From NCBI RefSeq assembly GCF_964355755.1, contig NC_092680.1:5642001-5706000 (forward strand): 64,000 bases of DNA. The letters are read 5' to 3'. Under the pieces are notes generated by a model that was not told where the DNA came from, ran no database searches, and saw nothing but the letters and a program-made list of their open reading frames with translations. Positions 10,230 to 22,898 of the stretch are shown piece by piece (position 1 is the first letter of the stretch; each line of letters begins with the position of its first letter). A program made the position numbers and the translations under genes. The DNA comes from Antedon mediterranea (Eukaryota; Animalia; Echinodermata).

Positions 10230-13200
10230 ATGAAACGGGCAGAGGTCGAAGCGGTTGTAGTTGAAATCTCAGAATCAATTGAGGATTTTAAGTACATGCC
10301 AAAACTGATTAAAGCAGTGACTGAATTTGAAGAAGAGGAGGATGTCAGAAGGCGGAACATGCGAGTATTAACAAATGTCATTGACAAAGTACTTTCTGCC
10401 GCTAAAAAAAGGTTTGTCATACGACATTTTATTTAAACTGTTTTAGTTATTTGAATAACTAAACAGGCCTAGTAGCATGTAGGCCTAGTTACTAAGTTAA
10501 GCTAAGTAACTGACTTCAAGGAATGGTATATATAAGAATATTTAAGAGCGTATTTATTTACTCACACAGAATCCTCCTAATTTGTTATAAGTTATTGGTG
10601 GACAAAACTTAAAACATTATAATTTACTTCATTACTTTACTAAAGCGTGTGGTTCCCACTACTAGCGACGCAACGCAAGGACGTAACGCAACGCAAGTGA
10701 ATTGACCAATCACAAGCGATGGCTTATTCGCTTGTGACTGCTAACTGTCTATAACTTCGCTTGTCATTGGTTAAAACGCTTGCGTTGCGTTTACGTCCTT
10801 GCGTTACGTTCTAGTGGGAACCAAGCTTTAAGGGCTTAACAGCAAATAGTTCAGTACGGTACATAAGAATAGACGGATACATTATTTATAGACTTACTAC
10901 CATATTTAAATGAAATAATGACTAATTTAACATATTTTTCTTTTAAATTGTTGAAATATGTATTTAAATTTGTTTGGATACAGCAAGGGTAAAGAGTCTA
11001 AAGCATTCGCCGGACTTGCAGTTGCCATGGCAGAGACGAAGATGTATACGTACTGTAGCAGACTGGAAACTATATTTAAAGACCGGAACATCGTCAATTG
11101 GAAAGTAAAGCTATTTCTTTATTTTAAAGGTTCTCCCCCAAAGTCTAGATTAAATTAGGATAAATTACTTATCTTAGAAATTCATGTTTTAATTTGTTGG
11201 CAATGGAGAGAGACAGAGTAAGGAATGGTTGCCGCATTCTCACTCTTTCTCCTATTGGTCGTTATGTGGACGCGCTGCCCGGGCTTCATCCAGTAAAAAT
11301 CGGAATTCCCCGCGCTATGTGCAGCCATTGATAGGGCACTTTATATCATGTGATATACACAGTCGTTCAATCGATGACCGGAATCTCTTTATGTGTTTTA
11401 TTTTGTTTACCAATTTTAATTGGTCAAAAACTTAAGACCACTTAAAAGTAGTCGTAAGGTTTTTTTTATGAACGAATACTCTCAATAAAATTCCTAATTA
11501 GTATTATTATATTATCTATTATTCTTCAGTTTTTCTTCAGTTCTCAGGCCAATATATTTTTAATTTTTTATCTTGTTTATTAAGGACCACTCAACAGAAG
11601 CTATACAAATAATAGAGTCATTCATGGAACCAACAATGACTGACCATGAACATGCTAAAGAAAAAAGATATTTTAACATAGAAATGGTCGCAGCATTTGT
11701 GTAAGTAGGCCCTACAGTACGCTTAAAGATCTATTTTCCCCCTGAACATTTTTTTTAATATGCCATTTTAATATCACATAATAGTTATTTACATTGAACA
11801 AAAATTGAACTGAAAATAAATTATTTATCTTTATTTTTAAAAAAAATAGTCAAATTTACAAAAGCCCGTTCGGGCCACTAGTTAATTATATTTTAAGAGC
11901 TGTTACCAGGTGGCCGCCAGATAACTATCTAGCGGACGCCACTTAATTATCTGGCGGAAGCCACTTAATTATCTGTCTGTATTGCATCAACAAGTATGTT
12001 TGCTTTGACATACACTATGACGGCAAATACAATGTTGACGCAAATATTGGAACTTAGATTTAACGAAAAAAATATTGGCATGGTAAAAATGCAATTATTC
12101 GAGATATATCCTATTTTTTATAATTTACACTTTATATTAGGGCTCGGAAATATTTGGGTAATTTATCCTATTTTATTTATAATTTGGGCTTGGTTATGCT
12201 TAGGTAGGACTTGACCTGGGCTATGGGCTTTTGTCACAAGAGAATGTACAGTGTCTGGCGGTCAGATGACGCAATACAGACAGATAATTAATGGCGTCCA
12301 GAAGATAATTAAGTGGCGGCCGCACGATAATTAACTGGCGGCCGCCAGGTAACAGCTCTTAAAATACAATCAACTAGTGGCATGAACGGGCTTCCGTACA
12401 AATTGGCAGCCGGTTGAATTTAACCGTTTGTCAATTTTGAAAACAATTTTTTCGGGGTTTTTTTCTATGGAAGGGATTAACATTGGTAAAACTATAAAAT
12501 ACCTTATTCAAAGTCTAATATTAATTTTTTTTTTCCTAATTTTTTTTAGACAACAATACATCTTTAATAATAAATAACATTATACAAATAAATGGTGTTT
12601 TTCTGTGTATCCCTCTATTGACAGTATTAACACCTTTCTACCTAATTAAAAATAATTATACAGTATTTACTGTCTTTTATTCATTTATTTGTACATTTTA
12701 TTTTTCTAATATTTGACAGCACCGAACATTGGTACATTCTTAAAAAATATGTTTTAAAGTGGATGCAATAACATTACAGAATCCTTCCATCATTTTTAAC
12801 ATAGTATAGGCATATTAGGCCTAACTTAATTCATAATTAAAATCGAATAAACATAAGAGAGGTTTCGCAATCTTACGAATACGATAACGAAAACGGATAC
12901 GTCACACATTTTGTGAAACTTTTGAGCTGATCCCCATTTCATATTCGTAAAGCGTATTTGTGTTGACGAATATCACCAGTCATATTCGTAACTACAAAAC
13001 GAGTAGGCCTATAGTTTTTGATCTATTTTGCACATTTTGCATTTGAATCAGGAATGATTCATGATTATAATATAATTATACTTTTATTGAAAGTAATTTA
13101 CTAAAGTAATTTACTAAAATGCCAGGTAAATTTTGATAAATAGCAATTTTTAAAGTCTTCACTCGCTTTGATGTTACGCTCGGCCTAGGCAGCCAAGCAC

Positions 13201-16200
13201 CAAGCAACACGTACTGCGCTTCCCTCACATTTACCGCAGTCATATTTTGGGAGGCGCCCTCAATATTTCGTTGCAATGCGAAACTTTTTTACTGGCTTAC
13301 GAAAAACGAATACGTGTGCGTGACGTATCCGTTTTCGTTATCGTATTCGTAAGATTGCGAAACCTCCCTATTAACATAGAAAAAGGATCAATAACTATAA
13401 AAGCATATTAGGCCTACATCGTAATACGGTCTGCTCGATGGAGTTTGATCGACAATACAAAATAAACGCTTCAATTTGAAACACAAAGCTAATTTAAACG
13501 TATTATATTGTTTAAATAATAATATACAATTTAATCATTACTGTATAGTAACTTTTGTACAGGTGATATTCGTCTTTAACTGTTTTTCTTTATTTTATAG
13601 ACGAGATAAGGTGGCTAAGAAAATTGAAATCAAGCTTGTACAACTGTTGATAAATTGTCTTGAGAAATTCAACTATATTAATCTTAAGGTTGCTTTAGGA
13701 TTGACATATCGCTGGGATTTTAATGTTGAAGTAAGCTATTTATAGTTTAATCTCGTATCTAAGAAAGTTTAGATATTACTAAAAGGCTAGATTGATTAAA
13801 GATGTAGGCATATTGTCCCTTGAAACACAAAAAAAATGAAGGTCAAAATATTCTAAATTTAAATTGGCCATATCAAAGTAATATTAAAGTTATTCACTTT
13901 AAGTCGAAAATTTACGTATTTAACAGGTAAATTAATTTGATTACATTTCGTCTGGAAAATCGTCGCGAGCGAAAGTAAACAAAGATTTCAGAACACGAGT
14001 ATGCATTATGTGTGATGCTAATTAGGATAGTTTACAACTCGTCACGGTTGAAAAGGTGTTTTCACATAGATCGCGAGAAGTTTTATGATTATGCATACAG
14101 AGTAGCCAAATTAGCGTGTTGCATTATGAGATATGTTTTGATCGAAACTTTGACTGGAAGTCAAAGTTATTTTTTTAACAAAAAAGTATGTATTTCAGTT
14201 AAATGATTTTTTCTTCGACAAATTTTTGGTGATAGTTAATAACTATTATGATACTTCAAAATTACCCACATTTTTCGAAATATTTTTTTAAAATTTTTTT
14301 GGAATTAGTCAAAGGAACAATACATCTTTAACATTTGTAAACACGACAGTAATAGTAATCAATCGATGATAAGGTAAATTTATTCATAGCATGTGTGCTA
14401 TACAGACTAGCAAGCAAAGCTTTACGGCTAGTTACACTTTCATTAGAAAGGTATATACTACGGAAGTTTTTCTATAATATCTGTACATTTTTAACTGGCT
14501 GTAATTGGCACATTAATCGAATCTATTATCAAACAAAAACTACAATACTTTGGACATATTGCCAGACGGGATGGAGATAGTATGGAGAAAATGATTATGT
14601 TTGGGAAAGTTGAGGGGAAACGAAAAAGAGGAAAACAGAGACCCAGATGGATTGATGGTATAAGTGGTGCTGCAAACCGACCAATAATCAGTTGCTACAA
14701 TGAAGCTCAAGATCGGCAAGAATGGAGACACCTCATCAGAATGGTCACGAGTACTCAGATATGAGTAGAACGACGAGAGAGTAATTGAATATTATATAAA
14801 TAGTTCTAAGGCATTAGGAACTTTAAACCGCCAATTAATTTACAGAATTGTTTTTATATTCTTATTTGATGGAGATCCTGAGATGATCTGATACCGGTGT
14901 TTTTTTTTTGTGTCTGTCTTTGTATTTAAACTTATTTTATGCAATTGATTTTGTAACTATGGACGTCCGTTTCCGAAATAAATACAAAATGAATGAAATG
15001 AAATAAACGGAAGATTATGTTCGATCATGTAATTTCAAATAGGGCATTTGCTAACGAAATTAACTACTCTGTAGAAAGCTAATGCTTGTGTTTTCAAATG
15101 GGTTATCTAATCGATAATTAATTGTTACTTAAAGGACAGGACTATTATACTCAAGTTAATAAAGACTATTGATGAGTGGATGACAACATTTGATGATATA
15201 ATGGCAAAAGACAATCGTCCCCTCGAACTAAGGCTTGTGGAAGAGTCGTTGGAAATTGCATTTGAATCCAACTGGTAAGAAACCAAGCTTTTGAACGATA
15301 AGCCATTGTTTTAGTTTTTCACCTTAGACCTATTAATCTTCCTTATTTCAGTACCTAACTAATTACATTGTAAATTTACTGTGTTTACGTTCAGTTATTT
15401 AACAGAAAAACGGTTTTAAAAATGAGAGTTTAAAAAAATGAAGTAAATATCTTGGACTGGTGTTACCGGTGTTTTTAAACGAAAGCGGAAAAAACGAATG
15501 ATTTGAGGTGTGTAGGCCATGTTAATGTCATTTTCTCCCATTTTTTAGCCCTCCAAAATTATACCTAAACGATGTTATAAGAATGTGGAAGAATGCATTG
15601 ACAAAAGAGTTAGAAGGTCAACCATTGACAGGATGGGGAATAATAGCATCTACAATAATAAATAAACTCATCATTCCAAAGGTAAATAATATTGCTTTTA
15701 ACTTTACAAAGTACTCCTATTTCTCATTTTGGACAGAGTTTAACAAAACATTACAACAATATATATTTATGTTGTGTGTTATAACTTTAATCTTGAATTT
15801 TAGGCATTTTGTATTAAAGATACGTTATATCAAATAACGTCCCATTCATCACTAATTCTTCCTATTATCATCGTTTTCTTTGTCTTTGGCCTGAATAGAA
15901 TAAAAATACTAAAATTTATTATTATTATACATTATTGTTTATAACTTTAATATTAATGTACATAGAAATATGTATACATACCAGCTGAAATTAATACGCT
16001 GACATTAATTAAATATTTGTTTGGTTCACATTTGAAATGTTTGTAACAGGACATTCTTTTCAAATATTTTTTTTGGAGCGTTTTTATTTCATTTACAGGC
16101 TTCTATGTTTGATATGACTGAGTTCGCCCCGGGTGTAATGACTCTAATACGGGCGGACATCAAGAAGTTAACTTCTTCTGCGTCTAGTGTGATATCATCC

Positions 16201-19200
16201 ATGTACGAAAAGGTGGACACATTTGTGCCGTGGACAGAAGAACTCGTTGACCTTTTTCTAGACGACGATGAGATGTATACTAGTATAGGAAGTATGTGAT
16301 CAGATTAACGCTGCATTCACACTCTTTCGCAAACGGAAGGCGGCGCCATTTTGTTCTATTATTATTATTTAATCACCAATGAATAATAATGATATGGTCA
16401 ATGTTATTAAACTAAATTTGAATTGAATAGTCTTAATGATGACGTCATATTGTCAAAATATCATATCAGCTCAAAATATATAATAAGTTGGAACTATTGC
16501 ATACATTTATAGTACAAATTGTTGCCGGGGTATATTATACAAAGAATTATAACGTAGGCCTTGTTACAACCGTTAATGTAGAAAACGCCAGCTAATGTCG
16601 AAACAACCGTTAATGTAGAACAACCCACCGCTTATGTAGTAAAACCTCCAGCTTATGTAGAAACACCAACAGCTTATGTAGAAAATAAAAATCAACACCA
16701 GCTAATGTAGAAACAGTCAACAGCTTATGTAGTAACGAAAATTGCCTCCCAGCTTATGTAGTTACTATCGCCAGCTAATGTAGAAAATGTTATACATTTT
16801 ACAAATGCATCGATCTTTACTTAGCTATCAGTCTTTCCACCTTTCGTAAGCAACCAACTTTCTAAAACGACCCACATATCGTAACCAACCATCTCTGTTA
16901 AGAGACCCTTTCACATAATCGACCACCTCTCGTAAGGGATCACCTCCTCTCATAAGGGACCACTTCTCATAATCGACCACCTCTCTCGTAAGCGACCACC
17001 TCTCGTAAATGACCACCTCTTTTAAGGGACCATGACCTCTTTCTCTCTTTTAAAGAACCACCTCTCTTAACGTCCCCACCTCTCGTAAGTGACGACCTCT
17101 TTTAAAGGACCACCACCTCTATTAAGGGACCGCTTCTTATTGACCACTTCCGAGAGGTGGTCGATTATGATAAATGGTCCCTTAAAAGAGACGGTGGTCG
17201 TTCAATAGAGGTGGTCACTTACCAAAGGTCGTTGTGAGAAGCGGTTCTTTAATAGAGAGAAAGAGGTTGTGGTCCCTTAAAAGAGGTGGTCACTTACGAG
17301 AGGTGTGGTCGTTAAGAGAGGTGGTCGCCTACGAGAGGTGGTCGATTATGAAAAGCGGTTCCTTATGAGAGGAAGTGATCACTTACGAGAGGTGGTCTAT
17401 TATAAGCAGTGGTCCCTTAATAATAGAAACGGTGGACGTTCAATAGAGGTGGTCACTTACCAGAGATCGTTGTGACGGGAGATAGTCGATTATGAGAAGC
17501 GGTCCTTTAATAGAGAGAAAGAGATCGTGGTCCCTTAAAAGAGGTGGTCATTTACGAGAGGTGTGGTCGTTAAGAGAGGTGGTCGCTTACGAGAGGTGGA
17601 AAGACTGATAGCTAAGTAAAGATCGATGCTTGCACATGAATTATAGACATTTTTGTAAAATATATAACATTTTCTACATTAGCTGGCGATAGTAACTACA
17701 TAAGCTGGGAGGCAATTTTCGTTACTACATAAGCTGTTGGTGTTTCTACATAAGCTGGAGATTTTACTACATAAGCGGTGGATTGTTATACATTAACGGT
17801 TGTTTCGACATTAGCTGGCGTTTTCTACATTAGCGGTTGTAACAGGCCTAAATCAAATATTTGTGTTGAAAAGAAAATCTTTCAAAAAGAACTTATAATT
17901 ATGTTGAAAATTATGTCCATTATACAAACATTATTTAACTTCTAAATATAGTCTACAACTTACCAATGGAAACTAACTTGAAAATGTTTTCTTTTTCTTC
18001 GTCAATAAACCCTTACTATTATTATGGCCATCAATTATTAAATTTGTAGGAATATTAAACAATTATTATTATTTATTTTTAGGTTCATTAAAACCACTGT
18101 ATGTTAAATGTCCTGAGAAGATTATGAGTAAAATGGATTTAATCTTAGAAAGGTTACCTGACATGGATGCGAAAAGGAAACACTATATTTATGTTTTATT
18201 TGACAATGTTTCGAAAACTTCCACTAAGGTAAGGCAAGAACAAACTGATTAAATATTCCTATAGATAAACAACTGGTCCGAACTGGTCCGAACGTGGTCA
18301 TAATTTTGAAGACATGCACTATCTTCAGTTCAAATCAAAACACTAGGCACAATATAATAAGCGGCAGGTCCAAGAGCTTGTTTAGAGAGCGCCCATTGCC
18401 ACCTCTCTACAAACTTTAAAGTACACTAAATCCTTTGTTAGCCTAAACCCTTAATAGTAATTCAGAGCTGTACCGTTGATCGAAAATTCACTGCGGTCAT
18501 CCTCAAATCCAAGATGGCGTTCAAAATTGCCGGCATTTCTAACACAAGCCTAAGGTTTAAAAACTGTACATGTTATCAAACAATATGAAAATAAGGATCT
18601 ATTTAATTATTATGATTATCATTTCACCATAGTTAAAGGTGACCCAGAAAGGGTGAGCTTATTTTAAAGGACCCTCAACAAGACAAGACGACACACAATA
18701 ACAAACAATATAAACAAAATATAAGCAAATTAAAATGTATCTAATCTTCCATGATACAGACTCCCCATGTGACACTGTATCACGGAATTTGAATGTGATA
18801 CTAAAAAAATAATGTCTTTGTGGAAATACATCACAAAACGACGCATATTGGTCTTTAAAAAAATAAGTAAGTGCATTACGCCAATTTACTATGTATTATT
18901 ATAATATTTATGCTATAGTTGTTTTATTACAGACATTAGTACCACATATTGATACTATCATTGAAGATATCAATGAGTCGGATATTCGATACCAAGTTCT
19001 CATGGTGCTTGGTGAAATTGCTGCGAAATACCCAGAAAAATTTGTTAATCATGTTGAAAGTATTAATGGGTTATTAGATTCCGAACCAAACACAGTGTAC
19101 TACGTAGATAAGATAGTTGCCAGTGTTGGAACCGTTAATAAGGTACGTGGTGGAAATTCAAATGTAAACGAAAAGTGCCTTAATATTGAATTGACAATTT

Positions 19201-22200
19201 GTTAAATATATTTTACTTTCTTTGTTCAAATTTTATAGGAATGGGCAATCAAAATCATAAAGATTTTAGTTGATCAGCTTCAGACAATACAAACGTCCTA
19301 CCAGGGTATCGTTTTAATGGAAATGAAAAGAATAGGCCATAAATATCCTCAATGTTTAACACCATACAGAAAGGAGATAGAGGCCATGAAGGGAAGTGCA
19401 CAGATGGGAGTACGAGACGTGGTGATTTCACTCATCGATTTTATGGAAGGAAGAAGGTAAGTCACTTGAGATGGACGTACAAATTCTGTTTTTCTCACGA
19501 AAATCAAGCGCATGGGAAAGGGAAACCTTTTGGGTTGTTAAGGTTATCAAAAAAAGCTTTATTCTTGGGAAGATATCAACACCTCAATTCGGTCCCTTTC
19601 CAACATCCTGTGTCCGCACCGGTAAATGATGTGCTGGTGTTTTTTCTCCTCAATACGACAGTTTAGAAGGTTTACACGAGAACATTGTAGACCAGCGAGA
19701 GGACATCGAGGTATTGGATACGCGAGTGACAAACACAGAAAATAACGTTGCAGAAGTTACAGAGAAAGTTGAGGAACAAGGAAGGGAAATAACGGCGGTT
19801 AAAACAGACGTCGCAGAACAAGGACAACGATTGGAAGAGTTGGAAGAAGTTGTTGATGAAACCGTTGTAAAAGTCGACGAGATAGATCATAAGGTAAGAT
19901 TTTATTCCTTATATTTAACATTTAAGATGGGATTAACAATCCTTTTCATGTGATTCACACAAATTATAGACTTACAGTACGTGTGATGTGATATGATAAG
20001 ATAAGAAATGGATGAAAAGATTGCAATATTTAAGTAAAAACCACATATCTATGACAACATTTCTGACAAAATCTATTTTCTAGACGATTACTAATGCACC
20101 AAAATGGTCACGTGATGTTTCAAAACTACTAAATCCAGAAGCTGACTACGATTGGAGATTTTTGGCGATACGTCTCGGCTACTCGGGGGAGGACATTCGG
20201 AACTGGGCGTTGTCACCGGACCCGACTATGGCAATTCTTGCCGAATGGTACACGACCCATAAGAGTAGTGATGCAACATATGCAATACTGACGGCGTTAC
20301 AAGATATGGGACAAACAGAGGCTGCAAAGATAGTTGAAGAATCTTTAGAACAAGCAGGTAATCAAGAACACATAAATACACATTTTCTCATTGACAATTA
20401 ATATATAAACATTACTGTATAATGAAAGCCAATCATGTTTCTAATTCAGATTTTCATTAAAATTATAGATGCAATGGTTCCAAAATTAGGACCCGAAATA
20501 TCAGAGAAACCGCCTAAAGTATTCATTAGTTACCAATGGGATCATCAACCTGAAGTGAAGGCTATAAGAGATCATCTTGAGATGGCAGGGTTTGCTTGCT
20601 GGATGGACATTGGTCAGATGGGAGGAGGAGATAATTTATATGCAAAGATCAACGAAGGAATGAGAGCTGCTAAAGTTTTTCTGTGTATGACAACTGAGAA
20701 GTATTCGAAATCAGAAAACTGCAACAAAGAGGTAAAAAGAAATTTACTGATTAACTAGGCTATATCTCTACGACGCTTTCAACAAATTATAGAAATCTTA
20801 CTCACATGGTAACTTTAAATACTAAATACTTTATTATGTTTATCTTCATTACAGGTGAACTTGGCGAATCTGCTCAACAAGCCAATCATACCGATCCTTA
20901 TTGAGCGTACAGCCTGGCCTCCGGAAGGACCAATGAGCATGCTTTTTGCTCAGCTTCTTTACATCCAATTTTTCACGGATAAGCATTACGTCAGAGGAGA
21001 TAAATTTTGGGTTGATACCAAATTTGCAGAGTTATTGGCGCAAGTTAGTTATTATGCTGCTCCCGATCCAGAAAAAATTACTGACGGTAAGTGAAGATTC
21101 TATTTAAATATTGAATGTCCTACTGTAGCCTTTTCTTCCTTTGGGTATTTTATGTTTCAGAAGTATTCAAAACGTATTATAACCACCTAATATCATTGAT
21201 TGATTTAGGAATCACGTTTTTCTTTTTCAGAATACAAAAGTTGGGTACCAACTGTTGAAGCACCTGAGCAAGAAATAAAACAAGCTAAGAAAGATGATAA
21301 AGCCGGTGAAACCAAAGTGGTAGAATCTGAGCAGGTAATTTTCACTAATTATACAGGAGTATATAAAGAGTATTTGACGTAAACTCACTAACTAAATAGT
21401 AAATATTAGAAATAATAAGCCCTTGTAATCATATTAATTCAATAATTTATTGCTGATTGTAGAGATGGATTGATGTGTGCTCTACAAATGGGCTTATTTA
21501 CAAAATGTTATCAAGTCACTAACTTAATCAACCATAGCTTTTCCTAATTTATTACCAGTTTTGTTCTTTACTTAGAAAGCGGAAATCGAACCAGAAGTCT
21601 TCATATCATACCAATGGGATCATCAACCACAGATAAAGGTCTTGTACCAACGACTGACCAGTCTTGGTTACTCGTGTTGGTTGGATATCAAACAAATGGG
21701 CGGTGGAGATCCATTATATAGTAAAATTGACAAAGGTCTTCGCAAAGCTAAGGTAAGTCAATTCTACTCTATTATTTACATACTACTATTGTAAATAAAC
21801 AATAATATAATAATGTTCCTAACCTACCTAAATATTCGAATACTAGCTAGTGTTCTAAAGGACACAATTTTAGGTGCCACCGTACTTGTTTTATGTATGT
21901 ACAATTTTAATACTATTTAAACACGCGAAGATTGTACTACCAACGGTACTCAATGCACAGTTGAGGTTAATTATTAGGTTTAATATTTTTGTCTATGAAT
22001 TGTATTATAGGTTGTTATTTCCTGCGTTACACCGAAGTATTCATTGTCAGCCAACTGCCGTCGTGAAGTCAGTCTATCAGATGCTCTCCGTCGACCAATC
22101 ATTCCGGTCCTTCTCCAGCAGATGGCGTGGCCACCAGAAGGTCCAATGAGCATGACATTTACACAACTTCTCTACATTGACTTTACCAAGGAGTCAAGTC

Positions 22201-22898
22201 AGGAAAGCTTTACCGACGAAAAATTTGACGAACTTATTACAAAAATTAATGAACATGCACAGCCTGTAGAAGGTGATACGTTTGCAAAACCATCTACACC
22301 TGAACGAGTTTCTGATCAGCTGAAACCCACATCCGAAGATTCGAAACCCGAAGAACCAGAGTTTGAAGATACGAACCCCGAAGAACCAAAGTTCGAAGAT
22401 CCGAACCCCCAAGAATCAAAGTTCGAAGATCCGAAACCCGAAGATCCAAAACCCGAAGAACCAAGACTCGAAGATCCGAAACCCAAAGAACCAAAGTTCG
22501 AAGATCCGAAACCTGAAGATCCAAAACCCGAAGAACCAATGCTCGAAGATCCGACACCTAAAGAACCAAAGTTCGTAGATCCGAAACCCCAAGAACCAAA
22601 GTTCGAAGATCCGAAACCCGAAGAACAAAGGTTCGAAGATCCGAAATCTGAAGAATCAAAGTTCGAAGATCCGAAATCTGATGAGTCAAAGACCAAGGAT
22701 CCGAAATCCGAGGAAGCAAAGACCGAAGAACCGAAACCAGAGGACGCAAAGTCTGAAGATCCGAAATCCGAAGAATCAAAGTCCGAAGATCCAAAACCCG
22801 AGGTACATGCTCCTAAAGAAACACCGCGGCAAACAACCCCTAATCCGCCTGAACCAAATAAGCATCACAGAAAATCTAAGGCATGTTGCGTTTTATGA
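10230..22898 (+). CDS. HEAT/ARM-like - coiled coil - Death - TIR - TIR - EDPKP repeat - CaaX protein, paralog 2 (apparently complete, about 1252 aa)
   Basis: 17 coding exons: 10230-10411, 10984-11104, 11585-11700, 13601-13730, 15135-15274, 15549-15681, 16099-16291, 18083-18228, 18933-19142, 19239-19456, 19662-19893, 20084-20357, 20469-20731, 20855-21086, 21231-21334, 21576-21752, 22011-22898. Total 3759 nt, in frame. ATG in ACCATGA context just after an acceptor at 10218. The first five exons have no in-window paralog to confirm them, so they are less certain. Confidence 0.88.
10642..10829. mobile_element. MITE (PIF/Harbinger-like)
   Basis: TIR aaagc..tggttcccacta / tagtgggaaccaagcttt. Subterminal acgcaaggacgtaa / ttacgtccttgcgt. 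Confidence 0.75.
11727..12563. mobile_element. Kolobok-like non-autonomous element carrying a nested MITE
   Basis: ttaa|agatctattttccc ... acaatacatct|ttaa termini. Related to the element at 13800-14327. Confidence 0.55.
11859..12396. mobile_element. MITE with long TIRs, TA-flanked
   Basis: aagcccgttc..ccactagtt-att-tattttaagagctgttacc is mirrored by ggtaacagctcttaaaatacaatcaactagtgg..gaacgggctt. Subterminal taattatctggcgg repeats. Confidence 0.8.
12857..13368. mobile_element. MITE, about 510 bp, about 47-bp TIR (Harbinger-like)
   Basis: gagaggtttcgcaatcttacgaatacgataacgaaaacggatacgtcac and its reverse complement at the other end. A near-identical copy in opposite orientation is at 33898-34397. 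Confidence 0.9.
13800..14327. mobile_element. Kolobok-like non-autonomous element
   Basis: ttaa|agatgta..tattgtccc ... ggaacaatacatct|ttaa. Confidence 0.55.
14535..14782 (+). mobile_element. RTE-clade LINE 3' fragment
   Basis: Translates [42 protein letters not shown]...AQDRQEWR, the typical RTE ORF C-terminus. Confidence 0.85.
16557..17848. mobile_element. Foldback-type DNA element, about 1.3 kb, imperfect palindrome with modular subrepeats and TA TSD
   Basis: ta|ggccttgttacaaccg...cggttgtaacaggcc|ta. Outer cagc(t/a)atgtag repeats and inner gaccacctct repeats are mirrored on both arms. The empty site ataacgTAaaac is at 1307-1308 in paralog 1. Confidence 0.9.
22335..22803 (+). repeat. Expanded coding 15/30-bp tandem repeat ([10 protein letters not shown]) in paralog 2
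   Basis: Same units. The last-exon ORF is 284 aa here versus 190 aa in paralog 1. Confidence 0.9.

Noticed and set aside
16560-17850. Repeat-spacer appearance (cagcttatgtag, gaccacctct) suggesting a CRISPR-like array; ORF 16828-17016
   Set aside because: The repeats are mirrored across the centre and bounded by TIRs and a TA TSD, which fits a foldback transposon. No cas-like ORFs are present.
22194-22794. Multiple overlapping antisense and alternate-frame ORFs ([18 protein letters not shown] repeats); likewise 6362-6742
   Set aside because: Shadow frames of the stop-poor 15/30-bp coding repeat.
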